Shown here: positions 10,234 through 20,116 of the stretch, one piece after another
Position numbering within the stretch: position 1 is the first letter of the stretch
How the letters are laid out: each line of letters begins with the position of its first letter
Origin: Gammaproteobacteria bacterium
Lineage (GTDB): Bacteria > Pseudomonadota > Gammaproteobacteria > Ga0077536
Direction of reading: 5' to 3'
Assembly: GCA_009692265.1 (NCBI GenBank)
Contig: SHZM01000005.1
Span: 12,459-76,458, forward strand
DNA: 64,000 nucleotides
Position numbers and translations under genes: made by a program
Notes under the pieces: generated by a model
Database searches by the model: none
The model's input: only the letters and a program-made list of their open reading frames with translations
Told to the model about the DNA's origin: nothing

Positions 10234-11473
10234 ATGTCGATTCAGTACCAGCTCACTGACGTGATGCAAAAAGCGGTGTTTTATCCCTGGAGCGCCGTGT
10301 TCGATTACAGTCGTCGCGTCGTAACCCACCCTAACTACCCCCTGCGGGATACGGGGATTGGGCGTTGGCAGGCCGCGACATTCGAGTCGAGTGCGCGTCT
10401 ACTAGGCCACTACCCGAAACAGTCTTATCGCATCAACGAATGCGAAAGCGAAGGCCGGGTAATCCCCGTGGCGGAGCAAACCGTCGTAAAAAAGCCGTTT
10501 TGCAACCTGCTCCACTTTGTTAGCACAGGCGCGAAGACGCGACCGAAGGTTTTAATCGTCGCCGCCTTGTCTGGCCATCACGCGACTTTATCACGCGACT
10601 TTATCGCGCGAAACGTATAGCGCGTTTCTACCGGACCACGATGTCTATGTCACCGATTGGCAAGACGCGCGCTACGTGCCCCTGAGCGAAGGTCGCTTTG
10701 GCTTCGAAGACTATGTGCATTACATCATCGAATTTTTAGAGTTCCTGGGACCGGCGACCCATGTGGTTGCGATTTGCCAGGCGGCGGCACCGGTATTGAC
10801 GGCGGTCGCCGTGATGGCCGGTCGACAGCACGAGCAACGTCCAAAATCCTTGACGTTGATGGCAGGCCCGATCGATGTGCGGGCAAATCCCAACATTTTA
10901 ACTCGCGTCTCCGAACTCTCGAATGCGCGCCTGCATCGCCTGTTGACCGTGAAGGAAGTACCCGCTGGTTATCCGGGCGCGGGTCGGCGTGTATACCCTG
11001 GCATTATGCAGTTGGCCGCCTTCATGGGCATGAATCTTCGCACTCACTGGCAAAAGCATCGGCAGTTCTTTGTGGATGTCTTCAATGGCGACGAGGCGGC
11101 GGCGAACAAACATCGTGAGTTTTATAATGAATATTTCGCGATCCTGGATACGACCGAAGAATTTTTCATCGAGACCTCGGAGCGGGTGTTCTTCGATCCA
11201 CAATTATCCAAAGGTACGATGCAATACGAAGGTGCCGCCGTCGAATGCGCTGCGATCCGAGACATTCCGTTGTTCACGATCGAAGGCGCGGACGATGACA
11301 TGTGTAAGGTTGGAATGACCGAGGCGGTGCACGCGCTCTGCCCAGAGCTGCCGTCCGAATTGCATCAACACTATGTACAGCCTGGCGTTGGACACTACGG
11401 CGTGTTTAGCGGCACGCGTTATCGCGAAGAAGTCGCACCGCGAATTAAGTCGTTTATCGCGGCACAAAGTTAA
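10234..11473 (+). pseudogene. phaZ: intracellular PHB depolymerase split by a 13-bp tandem duplication
   Basis: KPFCNLLHF, VAALSGHHATL, AICQ, GPID, GRRVYPG, VGHYGVFSG. ATCACGCGACTTT duplicated at 10577-10602; removing one copy restores HATLSRETYSAFLPDHDVYVTDW. Confidence 0.88.
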
Positions 11474-11552
11474 CCAGGCAACGGACTCCTTGTCGCGCTG
11501 GCCTCGCGCAAAGTCGCAATAGAGCGAACCACTCACTTCGGACAATGCTGAG

Positions 11553-12182
11553 ATGCCGCATTTACTCTATATCGAGTCGCCGCCGCGCAAACAGCGTTCG
11601 GCATCGATTGAAGTCGCACAGGAGTTTCTGAGCGCGTATCAGGCGGCGAACCCGCGCGATACGCTCGATGTGCTCGATGTTTGGAACATCCCACTTCCAG
11701 AATTCGACGGCGATACGTTGGACGCGAAATATTCGGGGATCACGGGCTCGCCGCTGACTACGGCGTAAGAACGTGCCTGGGACACCATTCGCGCGTTGGC
11801 GGCACGACTTCAACGTGCGGATAAGTTGCTCATCAGCGTGCCGATGTGGAACTACACGATCCCGTACAAGTTGAAACACTTGATCGATTGCGTCACGCAA
11901 AAAGATCTGCTGTTTACGTTTGACGAGAAGGGTCTCAATGGACTTCTAAGCAAACATAAAGCGGCGGTGATTTACGCCCGAGGCGTCGAATACAATGCGG
12001 CCGGGCTCGCGTCCGAGCTGTGGGATTTGCAACGACAATATCTCGAAGTTTGGTTGCGCGCGATCGGGATCACCGAAGTATCCACAATCCTTGGCGAAAA
12101 AACCTTATTTGGTCCGGAGGTGGATAGCGCTTCCCGCGAAGCGGCAAAGTCCGCGGCGAGGATCTTGGCGGCTTCGTTCTGA
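11553..12182 (+). pseudogene. azoR: FMN-dependent NADH-azoreductase (AzoR/AcpD) with in-frame TAA at 11766-11768
   Basis: LLYIESPPR..RSAS and ADKLLISVPMWNYTIPYKLKHLID; both track ORFs are in the same frame. Confidence 0.8.
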
Positions 12183-12240
12183 AAGCGTTGGTGTTGATCT
12201 TCTTCGCCGCAGTGGGGCGCGAGTTTTTACCCTGATCTCG

Positions 12241-12691
12241 CTACTGCTTCGCCAAGCTTGTCATCAAAGTGACGACCGGCGCGATCGAAGCGCCGTCGAA
12301 GTAATCGATCCAATACACGACCTTAATGTCCTTGACTCTGAATAGTCCGGCGACCGGCACCGCGAATTTTGAATTACCGATTTCAAAATTATCAACACGC
12401 TCTATCGCGACGCCATCGCCGCCGGGCATGCTGTTTTTGATCTCAGTCCGCAAATTGAATGAAATGATAAGCGGGTCTTTAGCAAAAAAGGGCGCGAGAA
12501 ACGTGCGCATTTTCTCGCGTCCAATGATCGCCGGATTCACGCCAGTCAACGACGGAACATTTGCGTAATGACAATCATCGGCGATAAAGGACCTGATTTT
12601 TTCAACATCGCCCGAATGCCACGCCACGACACGATAAAGTCATTGACTACTTCCGCGGGTTAAACACCGTTTAAACGATCGCGGGTCCCAT
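12241..12691 (-). pseudogene. limonene-1,2-epoxide hydrolase-like (NTF2/SnoaL fold), 5' end disrupted
   Basis: YANVP, VAIERVD, VPVAGLFRV, WIDYFD motifs. The N-terminus MGPAEVVNDFIVAW is recoverable after removing a 26-bp insertion and a 5-bp duplication. Confidence 0.7.
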
Positions 12692-12723
12692 CCCATGTTA
12701 TTCACCTCGAACGTGCCGCGATC

Positions 12724-12947
12724 CTAAGCAGCCTTGTTTGCGGCTAGCGCGTGAACGTCGGAGCTTTCATCGTTTTGCCGCCGATCGCCCAGTCTCCGCC
12801 TTCAAACTTGTTGATGCGGACCCACGTCACTGCGCGCATACCTTCGCCTTCTACGTCGATCATCGCTTCAGTCACCTTTGCGATGAGTGCTTGTTTCTGT
12901 TTTGGCGTGAAAACGTCTTTGATCACATCGATGGTTACTAGGGGCAT
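12724..12947 (-). CDS. 4-oxalocrotonate tautomerase family protein, probable 3' frameshift
   Basis: N-terminal Pro (MPLVTIDVI), [17 protein letters not shown]; the alternative frame ends [11 protein letters not shown] at 12724. Confidence 0.8.
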
Positions 12948-13030
12948 TTCACTTCTCCTGGATAGTTAGGTACGCCGGCGGCGATATGCCATCGACGAGC
13001 CTAGGGTTACACTCGGCGGCACCCGGTGCT

Positions 13031-13057
13031 TGGAGTTACTATGGAGAAATCGTGGAG
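13031..13057. promoter_or_regulatory. three TGGAG direct repeats at 11-bp spacing, probable winged-helix regulator binding site
   Basis: TGGAG at 13031, 13042 and 13053, between the divergent tautomerase gene and regulator. Confidence 0.5.
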
Positions 13058-13098
13058 ATTTCTGAGAGATCGCAGCAGGATATTCTAAGTTTCTTTCC

Positions 13099-13455
13099 AT
13101 GATTTGCCGGTTCGCTGACTTCGAATTAGATCTCGACAAGGCCGAGCTTCGGGCGAGGTATTTGCGCTCGAGCCGCAGGTATTCGCTCTACTTGTGTTGT
13201 TAATTGAGAATCGGGATCGGCTCGTGTCCCGCGACGAAATCATCGAGAAAGTGTGGGACGGTCGGGTGGTCTCGGATAGCGCGATGGCAAGTCGGATCAA
13301 ATCTGCGCGCCAAGGTTTGGGCGATGATGGCGTAACCCAGCGCTTCATCAAAACCATTCACCGCAAAGGCTTTCCGGTTTGTTGGCGAAGTTCAGATCGG
13401 GCGCGCCTCGCCAAGCGCGGAGCAACCGCCTGTACAAGCCACCGACGACCACTCT
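13099..13455 (+). pseudogene. OmpR/CadC-type winged-helix regulator, frameshifted twice and truncated
   Basis: MICRFADFELDLDKAELR / ALEPQVFALL..LIENRDRLVSRDEIIEKVWDGRVVSDSA...RFIKTIHRKGF / RFVGEV across three segments. Confidence 0.75.
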
Positions 13456-13647
13456 ACAGGCATGAATTGGTGTCGAACCCACTAATTAGTGTTTGTCCTA
13501 AGATTTCACTAAGCTCGGCAGGAAAATCCGGATCTGAGAGAGAATTCTCTCTCCGGCGTAAAGACCAGCGACTGTCTGTGCTCCTAGAGATATCACCGGC
13601 CAACCAATAAGCAAAAAAACCAAGCTCCGGCACTATTTCCGCTCGAA

Positions 13648-14979
13648 TCACGCTGTTGCGGCAGTGCGCGGCGCGGCGCGGATCCGATACAGGCGATAAG
13701 CCCACGCCGTGCATAGTGCTATCTGAATTAGTAATAGCACGCTGGCGGACACGGGGTCGGTCCAGAACGCTGGCCGCAACAGCTGGCTCACAGTCTCCAG
13801 TCCCAGCATCTCGAATAGCGCTGGTGCCAACCAATATAATAACCCCAGGGTTAGCGCAGTGGTCATTTCGGCGCGGTCCGGGCGTGCAAAATTGCTCGCG
13901 GCGAGCAGAATTAGAAGATCTCGGATCACGAATAGCAGCAGCGGGACACCGACGAAGCCGAGATTCTCAACAGGCTTCTGTGGGGCGATGACACCGCCTG
14001 ACAAAGCCATACTGATTGCGACCCACATCACACTCAGCGCGAGTGAGCAAAGCCAGAGCGGTACTGCTTCGCCGAACCTCCGCCACTCGCCATCGCGGCC
14101 ATAACGCACGAGTCTGCGCAGCGCGAGCGGATCGCGAAAAAGGGTAAACGCACACAAATAAGCGGCGAGTACGGTGCATAGCAAACCGCTTACCGCCGTG
14201 GTTCGCAGATTGGTGAGGGTCCCGATCCCGGCACTAAAAAAGCCGGTAATGACCGCGCTGACATAGAGCAAAAAGATCAGCCAGAGCCACGGCATCGCGC
14301 GCACCTGTAGCTCGTTGCACATCATGCGATAGGCGCCCACAACGACCCAGGCCGTGGTCGCCACCACTAGGCAGGTGGTGAACGACAACGCGGGATAATC
14401 CCGTCCGTACCAACGCACAAGTTCATCGTCGCCCAGGCGGAAGGCGAAGTATGCGAAGACAAGACCGCCGATCACCGCAATAAGCCGCGCGCCAACCGGT
14501 CCTTTATTGCGTTTAGGGTGACCAGCGCTGGCGAGAGCGCCGATCAAGCTCAAGCCTTGTACAAAGACAGCGCCGGTGACTGCCTGGATCCCGAGTAGCG
14601 CCCGGATCGAGAATTCGAATTGTTTCGCGCTGAGCATGAACACCGCTAGGCAGACGCCGCCGCTCAACCAGGTAAGGCTGGTCGCACCCAACCACTTGCC
14701 CCAGACCATCCGCCAGGACCCGAGTGCTGAGAGGCGTTGGGTATCCCAGGTGCGATCGCGCAATTCGACGAGCATCGCATCGCCCGCGCGCTGACCGCCC
14801 CAGGCCAAGCTCAGCGCGACGAAGGTCGCGGCAGCGACCGCGGGCAGCGCTACGCCAGTGCCAGTCTCCGCATCTATGAAAGCCATCAACATAAATAACG
14901 CCGCAAGGCTGCCCCCCATCAACGTGACCCGTGCCACACTGAGCTCCAACCAGCATTGCCGTTGAAATTCAGGATTCAC
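13648..14979 (-). CDS. ABC-2-type permease-like membrane protein
   Basis: MNPEFQRQCWLE start, ELRDRTWD motif, many TM segments; overlaps the upstream ABC ATPase. Confidence 0.75.
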   Translation of the reverse strand: MNPEFQRQCWLELSVARVTLMGGSLAALFMLMAFIDAETGTGVALPAVAAATFVALSLAWGGQRAGDAMLVELRDRTWDTQRLSALGSWRMVWGKWLGATSLTWLSGGVCLAVFMLSAKQFEFSIRALLGIQAVTGAVFVQGLSLIGALASAGHPKRNKGPVGARLIAVIGGLVFAYFAFRLGDDELVRWYGRDYPALSFTTCLVVATTAWVVVGAYRMMCNELQVRAMPWLWLIFLLYVSAVITGFFSAGIGTLTNLRTTAVSGLLCTVLAAYLCAFTLFRDPLALRRLVRYGRDGEWRRFGEAVPLWLCSLALSVMWVAISMALSGGVIAPQKPVENLGFVGVPLLLFVIRDLLILLAASNFARPDRAEMTTALTLGLLYWLAPALFEMLGLETVSQLLRPAFWTDPVSASVLLLIQIALCTAWAYRLYRIRAAPRTAATA

Positions 14980-15919
14980 TTAATCGCTCCGCAGGCGTGC
15001 GCACGCTGTTGAGGTAGGACTGTTGCAGATCAGAGCCGACCGGCCCAAAGCTATTGACGAGAAATCCGGCGGTAATGAGATCCCGCAGCAAATCGACCTG
15101 TGCGATGCGGGGACCGGCGCACAGGAAACGCGCGCCGCGCGTGGTAGTTTCCACGTCGCTGATCTCGCTGCGAGTGCGTAACCACTGCGCGACCGCAGTC
15201 GGATCCGAGAGCACTTCCAGTGTTAGCTCGGCGTGTGTCGCAGCGGTGCTTGAAAGCGCGCGATGCTCCAGCAAACGGCCCTCCTTCAGCACCAGCATAT
15301 GGGTCGCGTAATCTTCGAGTTCCGCCAGAATATGCGACGACACGAGTAGGCTCATCCCGCGGGCCTGCAGGGTCCGAAACAATCGCGCGAGATCATGCCG
15401 CGCCTCCGGGTCCAGGCCCGAGGCTGGCTCATCTAAAATCAACAGGGCAGGTTCATGGATGATCGCCTGCCCGATCGCGACCCGCTGGCGGAGCCCGCGA
15501 GAAAGTTCGCCGACTGGTTGTTGCAGTCGATCGCTCAACTGCAGCTGCGCGGCAGTCTCCCGGATCCGCTCCGACAGGTTTCGGGTCACGCCATTTGCAG
15601 CAGCGTGGTAGTGCAGACATTGCTCGACCTTCAGCGAATCGTAGAGGCCGACGAAGTCTGGCAGGAAGCCGATGCGTTCGTGACTTCGACGTGGCTCGTC
15701 AACGACATTGATATCGTCGATGTGGATAGTCCCGGTCAGCGGACTCTCCAGACCACACAGGCAACGCATCAACGTGGTTTTTCCGGCACCATTCGGACCT
15801 ACCAGGGCAGTTACGGTGCCGGCCTCGACTTCAAAGGTCACGCAATCGAGTGCACGTCGCCCAGGGTATTCGAAACTGACTTCGTGAACTGCAATGGCGG
15901 GCTTTGTTTTCACTTTCAC
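14969..15919 (-). CDS. ABC transporter ATP-binding protein
   Basis: GPNGAGKTT, LSRGLRQR, LILDEP, SSH. Probable GTG start near 15919; the track extension is antisense to the next gene. Confidence 0.9.
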   Translation of the reverse strand: MKVKTKPAIAVHEVSFEYPGRRALDCVTFEVEAGTVTALVGPNGAGKTTLMRCLCGLESPLTGTIHIDDINVVDEPRRSHERIGFLPDFVGLYDSLKVEQCLHYHAAANGVTRNLSERIRETAAQLQLSDRLQQPVGELSRGLRQRVAIGQAIIHEPALLILDEPASGLDPEARHDLARLFRTLQARGMSLLVSSHILAELEDYATHMLVLKEGRLLEHRALSSTAATHAELTLEVLSDPTAVAQWLRTRSEISDVETTTRGARFLCAGPRIAQVDLLRDLITAGFLVNSFGPVGSDLQQSYLNSVRTPAERLSES

Positions 15920-16015
15920 GACTGTAGCAAACGTAACTGCAATGTGCGCGGGCACGAGACCGCTTCGAGGCAGTGTTGCTTTGTGTCGCTGGCACGAGCG
16001 ACTACACTCGCGCGT

Positions 16016-16762
16016 ATGCGCCGCGACCACTCCAAAATTCCCGAAGAGCGTCGGATCGGGCTGGCGCGTGCGCTGTCCAAAGCCGGTTTGTGTTCGAGAT
16101 CGGCGGCGAGCTCGTTGATTGTGGATGGCCGCGTTCAACTCAACGGCGTCACGATCCGCGATCCCGAAGCGCCGACCACCGTGCACAGCCACATTACTGT
16201 CGATGACGAGCCAATTCGCTCGCGAGTTCCGGTTTACATCATGCTCAACAAACCACACGGGGTGGTGACCACTGCCGCCGACGAACGTGGTCGCGAGACG
16301 GTGTACTCCTGCTTTAAAGACAGCGGCCTGCCTTGGATCGCGCCGGTCGGGAGGCTCGATCAAGCCAGCGAGGGATTGCTCTTATTCTCCAACGATCCTG
16401 AATGGTCGTCAGCCATAGTCGATCCCGTACGCCACGTGCCCAAAACCTATCACGCGCAAATAGAGGGACTTCCTACGCCTGAGACTTTATTGAAGCTGTG
16501 CCAAGGAGTACTCATGCGCGACGGTGCGATGCTGCGGGTCGATTCGGCGACGCTATTACGGCATGGCGCCCGCAACGCCTGGCTCGAAGTCGTGCTCGCC
16601 GAGGGCAAGAACCGTCATCTGCGCCGATTACTGGAAGCGGTGGATCATCCCGTGGTCAGGCTTATTCGGATCGCGATTGGTTCGCTGCAACTCGGCGAAC
16701 TCGCAAAAGGGCACTGGCGGCATTTGCGCGCCGAGGAACACGCGCACTTGGCACAGGGGTAA
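16016..16762 (+). CDS. RsuA/RluB-family pseudouridine synthase with S4 domain
   Basis: GLCSRSAA S4 domain, LNKPHGVVTT, VGRLDQASEGLLL, EGKNRHLRR. Confidence 0.9.
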   Translation: MRRDHSKIPEERRIGLARALSKAGLCSRSAASSLIVDGRVQLNGVTIRDPEAPTTVHSHITVDDEPIRSRVPVYIMLNKPHGVVTTAADERGRETVYSCFKDSGLPWIAPVGRLDQASEGLLLFSNDPEWSSAIVDPVRHVPKTYHAQIEGLPTPETLLKLCQGVLMRDGAMLRVDSATLLRHGARNAWLEVVLAEGKNRHLRRLLEAVDHPVVRLIRIAIGSLQLGELAKGHWRHLRAEEHAHLAQG

Positions 16763-16810
16763 GGAGTAAGGTCAGAACACGGCGATCTGGGTGCTCGGCT
16801 TCCGTTAAAT

Positions 16811-18049
16811 TTACCGGCGAGCGCGATACGTCCGATGCAAGGCGTAGGCGCTGAGCGCGCCGACGCTGAAGAGAAGTGCGGACAAGATAAAAACACTGGC
16901 GTAGTCGCCTGCGCGAGGTGCAGCATCTAGTAGCCGCCCCGCAATCGGTGCAAAAAAGATATCCGGGGTGTAACCAATCACCGAGATGACGCCCACTGCC
17001 GTTCCCGTGTGTGCGCGCGGAACGCCAGATTCTTCCAGCAGGGCAAAGTAAATCCCACGCAAACCGTAAACGCACACTATTGTGACGAACAAGTTCGCGT
17101 AGAAAATCATCGCCGTGCCACTGCTCCCTAGCGCTAACGCGAGATACGCCAGCGCGCCCATGACAAACATTCCGCCGACCATCCGACCGGCACCCAAGCG
17201 ATCGGCTAGTAAACCCGCGCTCACCGCCGCGATCGGCCGCAGATAAGCTGCCTGGGTCATCAAGGTAGCCGCCTCAAGATCATTTAAGCCCAACGCGGCT
17301 TGGGCATAGAGCGTGTAGTAGTCGAGCCCCTTGTAGCCACAGTAGGCCGCGATCACGATTGCCGCCTGACACCAAATCCGCGGTGCGAGGAGCACCGTGC
17401 GCAAACCCGTGAATGAAATGGAACGCTGGCTGGACGGGGAACTAGCGGTGGGAATCACCCACCAGCACAGCACGCCGGCGAGGGCCGTGATTCCGGTGTA
17501 GAAATAGATCACGAGCGCGAAACTCGCTTTATTCATCTGTGAATCCCCCGCCACAAAGTTAGCACTAAGCAGGGTCACCGCGACGCTGGCAAGCGTGGCT
17601 GCGACCAAGCCGCGGCCGCCGTCCAGTACGCCGAAGGCGCGACCTTGCAGCGCTAATCCGCCCCACTCGCGGGTGGCGCGGATTAGCGCTGCCCAGAACA
17701 ACAAAATGGTGGTGAGGCCCCAGTATCCATAGAGCACCGCCAAAGACTGCGCGCTCGGAAAACTCGCGAGCCAAATTCCGCCCGCGGCAGTGGCCAGCAG
17801 CGACCCTGTTAATAAAATCCGTGGTGAGTACAGATCGGCAAGCGCGCCACCGGGAAAATACGCGAGCATGGCGGTGATGCCATACACCGCATACACATCG
17901 CCCAAGCGAGCATTTGAAAGCGCGAATGCTTCGAGCATGGTCGGTCGAAAGAAGCGCGCGAGATGAAATGGCAGGCTGAAGATCGCCTCGCCCGCGAAGA
18001 TCAGGCAGAACATTACCCAGAACGAAGAGGCGCGAGGTGCGGAATTCAC
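16811..18049 (-). CDS. MFS transporter
   Basis: About 12 TM helices; GGALADLYSPR and AGLLADRLGAGR motifs. Confidence 0.88.
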   Translation of the reverse strand: MNSAPRASSFWVMFCLIFAGEAIFSLPFHLARFFRPTMLEAFALSNARLGDVYAVYGITAMLAYFPGGALADLYSPRILLTGSLLATAAGGIWLASFPSAQSLAVLYGYWGLTTILLFWAALIRATREWGGLALQGRAFGVLDGGRGLVAATLASVAVTLLSANFVAGDSQMNKASFALVIYFYTGITALAGVLCWWVIPTASSPSSQRSISFTGLRTVLLAPRIWCQAAIVIAAYCGYKGLDYYTLYAQAALGLNDLEAATLMTQAAYLRPIAAVSAGLLADRLGAGRMVGGMFVMGALAYLALALGSSGTAMIFYANLFVTIVCVYGLRGIYFALLEESGVPRAHTGTAVGVISVIGYTPDIFFAPIAGRLLDAAPRAGDYASVFILSALLFSVGALSAYALHRTYRARR

Positions 18050-18150
18050 GAGAGCCGATTCTAGGATTAACCTCGCGACATGGGAAATTCAGCTTTTTTC
18101 ACTTGGCAAAGCTCCGGAAGACGAACTGCACTGGCCTTAGGGTTAGTCGG

Positions 18151-19770
18151 CTAACTTTCGCGGTAAAACAATAAAATCAGCCCAACCGCGACGAAGCACC
18201 AGGGCCAAATGCGACCGGCGCGTACGCTGATCGGCCCCTCACAGCGTAGCTCCATCCAACGCGCGCAGCCGGCCATAATCGCGAAGAGGCCGAGTGGAAT
18301 ATGGCTTAGCTCAATCAATAACGCTTCTTGGATGTTTTCAAGATTATGCGCATGAGTAAGCAGCATAAAGCCGCCCACGATATTCGTAATCGGAAACACA
18401 TAGGCGGCGCGGTTTGCGGCCAGCTTGCCTATCCGAACCTGCCATTCGAAGAACCCGAATACGCAGGCGAGGATCGCCATCAAACGATGCTGTATCACGG
18501 AAGGATCGCGCATGGCTTCGAAAAAGCCCACGCTACCAAGCGGCCATGCTTCTGGATCCGAGCGTGCAGTGACAAAGATCCCGAGCGCAACAAACGTAAT
18601 GGGCCAATGCCGTGCCCACGACCCACGTCGCTGGCCCGCCAAGAGCGCAAGATTTCCGATCGACAGGACAAAAATCCCCGACCAATTATGATTGAACTCA
18701 GACCATCCGATATCGGCTGCGGTGCGTACCGGTACGATACCGGCGCTAGGCACGAACGCGCGTGGGGCGTTTTCGTGCGCGGCCTGCGCCAGCCGATTTA
18801 CCCGTTCCTGCTCGGTCGCGTACCAAAGCTCCGAGTGAGCGGGGCTGCTGAGACGCGGCGCGTGTGGGGTTATTCGGTCAGTAATACGCTCGAAGGCGAC
18901 CCGATCATTGGGCAAGTCGACCACCGGCGGCAGCGAAGTCAAAGAACCGGCCACGAGATAAATCGCAAGCCCGAGTACCATCTCGACTTCCACAAAGCGC
19001 CGAATGCGGATCGCCGCGCCAGCATCGGTGGCCATGCGGCGCACAGCCCAGAAGTTGCCCGCCCCAAAACACAGCAGTGCGGCAAACAGCAATGCTTTCG
19101 TCGAAGCCATGAGTCCGTTGGCTGTGCCATACAGTGCAGCCGGTGCGGCGAGGTACCACAGATACTTCGCCGCCGCCGAAATCGCGATGGCACTCACCGC
19201 GATCACGCAAACCGTCGAGAAGCGGTGGGCGATAGCTACACGAGTGGCGGGTGCCATGGAGCCGCCCAGAGCCAACAGGAAATAAGGCAGAGCGCCGATC
19301 CAGGCGGCACCTCCAGCCTGGTGCATCGCCGAGAAAGCGAGCAGTGCCGCACGCCCTTCGAGCCTCCCGGTAGCGTGGGTGGTCGCGATGATGCTCCCAA
19401 GCAGCAGCATCGCCAGCGTAAGCTCAAGCGACCGCAGCACGGTGCTGCGGCGCGCAGTCACTGCCAACACAATACCGGCGCCACAACTCGTAAATCCGGC
19501 GAGGACAAAGGGTGCGCTTAGCGCGCTACTCCACGCCAGTCCGATGGTTGGGGTCAATATTGAGACATCAAGGGATTTGCTAATAAACGTCACCGTGGCA
19601 AGCGCGAGCGCGGCCGCGCATTGCAACAGCGCCAAGCGCGCGCGGAGATCCGATCCGATGAAGCTCTCCGCCGCGAGGGGTGCCATTACCCAATGACGAA
19701 AAATGACGCCACCAATGACAGCGGCGCTTAATGCCAGCGCGCAACCGCGCAATAACACACTCAGAAACGA
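18151..19770 (-). pseudogene. copD: long CopD-family copper membrane protein, start apparently deleted
   Basis: HATGR, HQAGGAAWIG, ALYGTANG..KA; C-terminal WSEFNH/QHR/THAH/ELSH domain. Reads SFLSVLLRG directly after the last copC codons. Confidence 0.7.
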
Positions 19771-20115
19771 CTTGAAACTTCAAGTTGCCGCGGGTGATAT
19801 GTCCATCGGCGCTTAGAACATACCACTCCAGCCGGTATTTGCCTGGGACAACACCCTCCGCCTGAGTTTGAAGTCGGTCCTCAGGGGCTATGGTAGACAA
19901 CACCAAAACTCGCGCATCGATCAGTGCCAAGCGCGAACGACCTTGTCGATGCGGCTGTTAAATTTCAGATCAATTGGAAAAGTCGACACTGCCACCACGG
20001 CATTCGCAGCAGGTTCGGCGCTAACGACTACGGCATGCGCGAACGTTCTGCTTGCGGCGCAGGCGAGGAATATCCCCAACACCTAGGGTAACCTACGGAG
20101 CATCGGCAAGCGCAT
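19770..20115 (-). pseudogene. copC: CopC copper-binding periplasmic protein (TAG in signal peptide, frameshift, stop lost)
   Basis: MRLPMLRRLP*VLGIF...AHAVVVSAEP...LKFNSRID / ...GKYRLEWYVLSADGHITRG. Confidence 0.8.
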
Positions 20116-20116
20116 G

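Noticed and set aside
11766-11768. Stop-codon recoding as an explanation for in-frame stops (azoR, 47969, copC)
   Set aside because: The stops are TAA/TAG, which end normal genes here, and the same or neighbouring genes also carry frameshifts
13526-13556. GAGAGAGAATTCTCTCTC palindrome after the regulator remnant
   Set aside because: Low-complexity, single copy, with no supporting context
15455-16363. Apparent long overlap between the ABC ATPase and pseudouridine synthase ORFs
   Set aside because: Both N-terminal extensions are antisense read-through; the plausible starts (15919 and 16016) do not overlap
18328-19521. 397-aa plus-strand ORF
   Set aside because: Antisense shadow of copD; Arg/His-rich with no motifs
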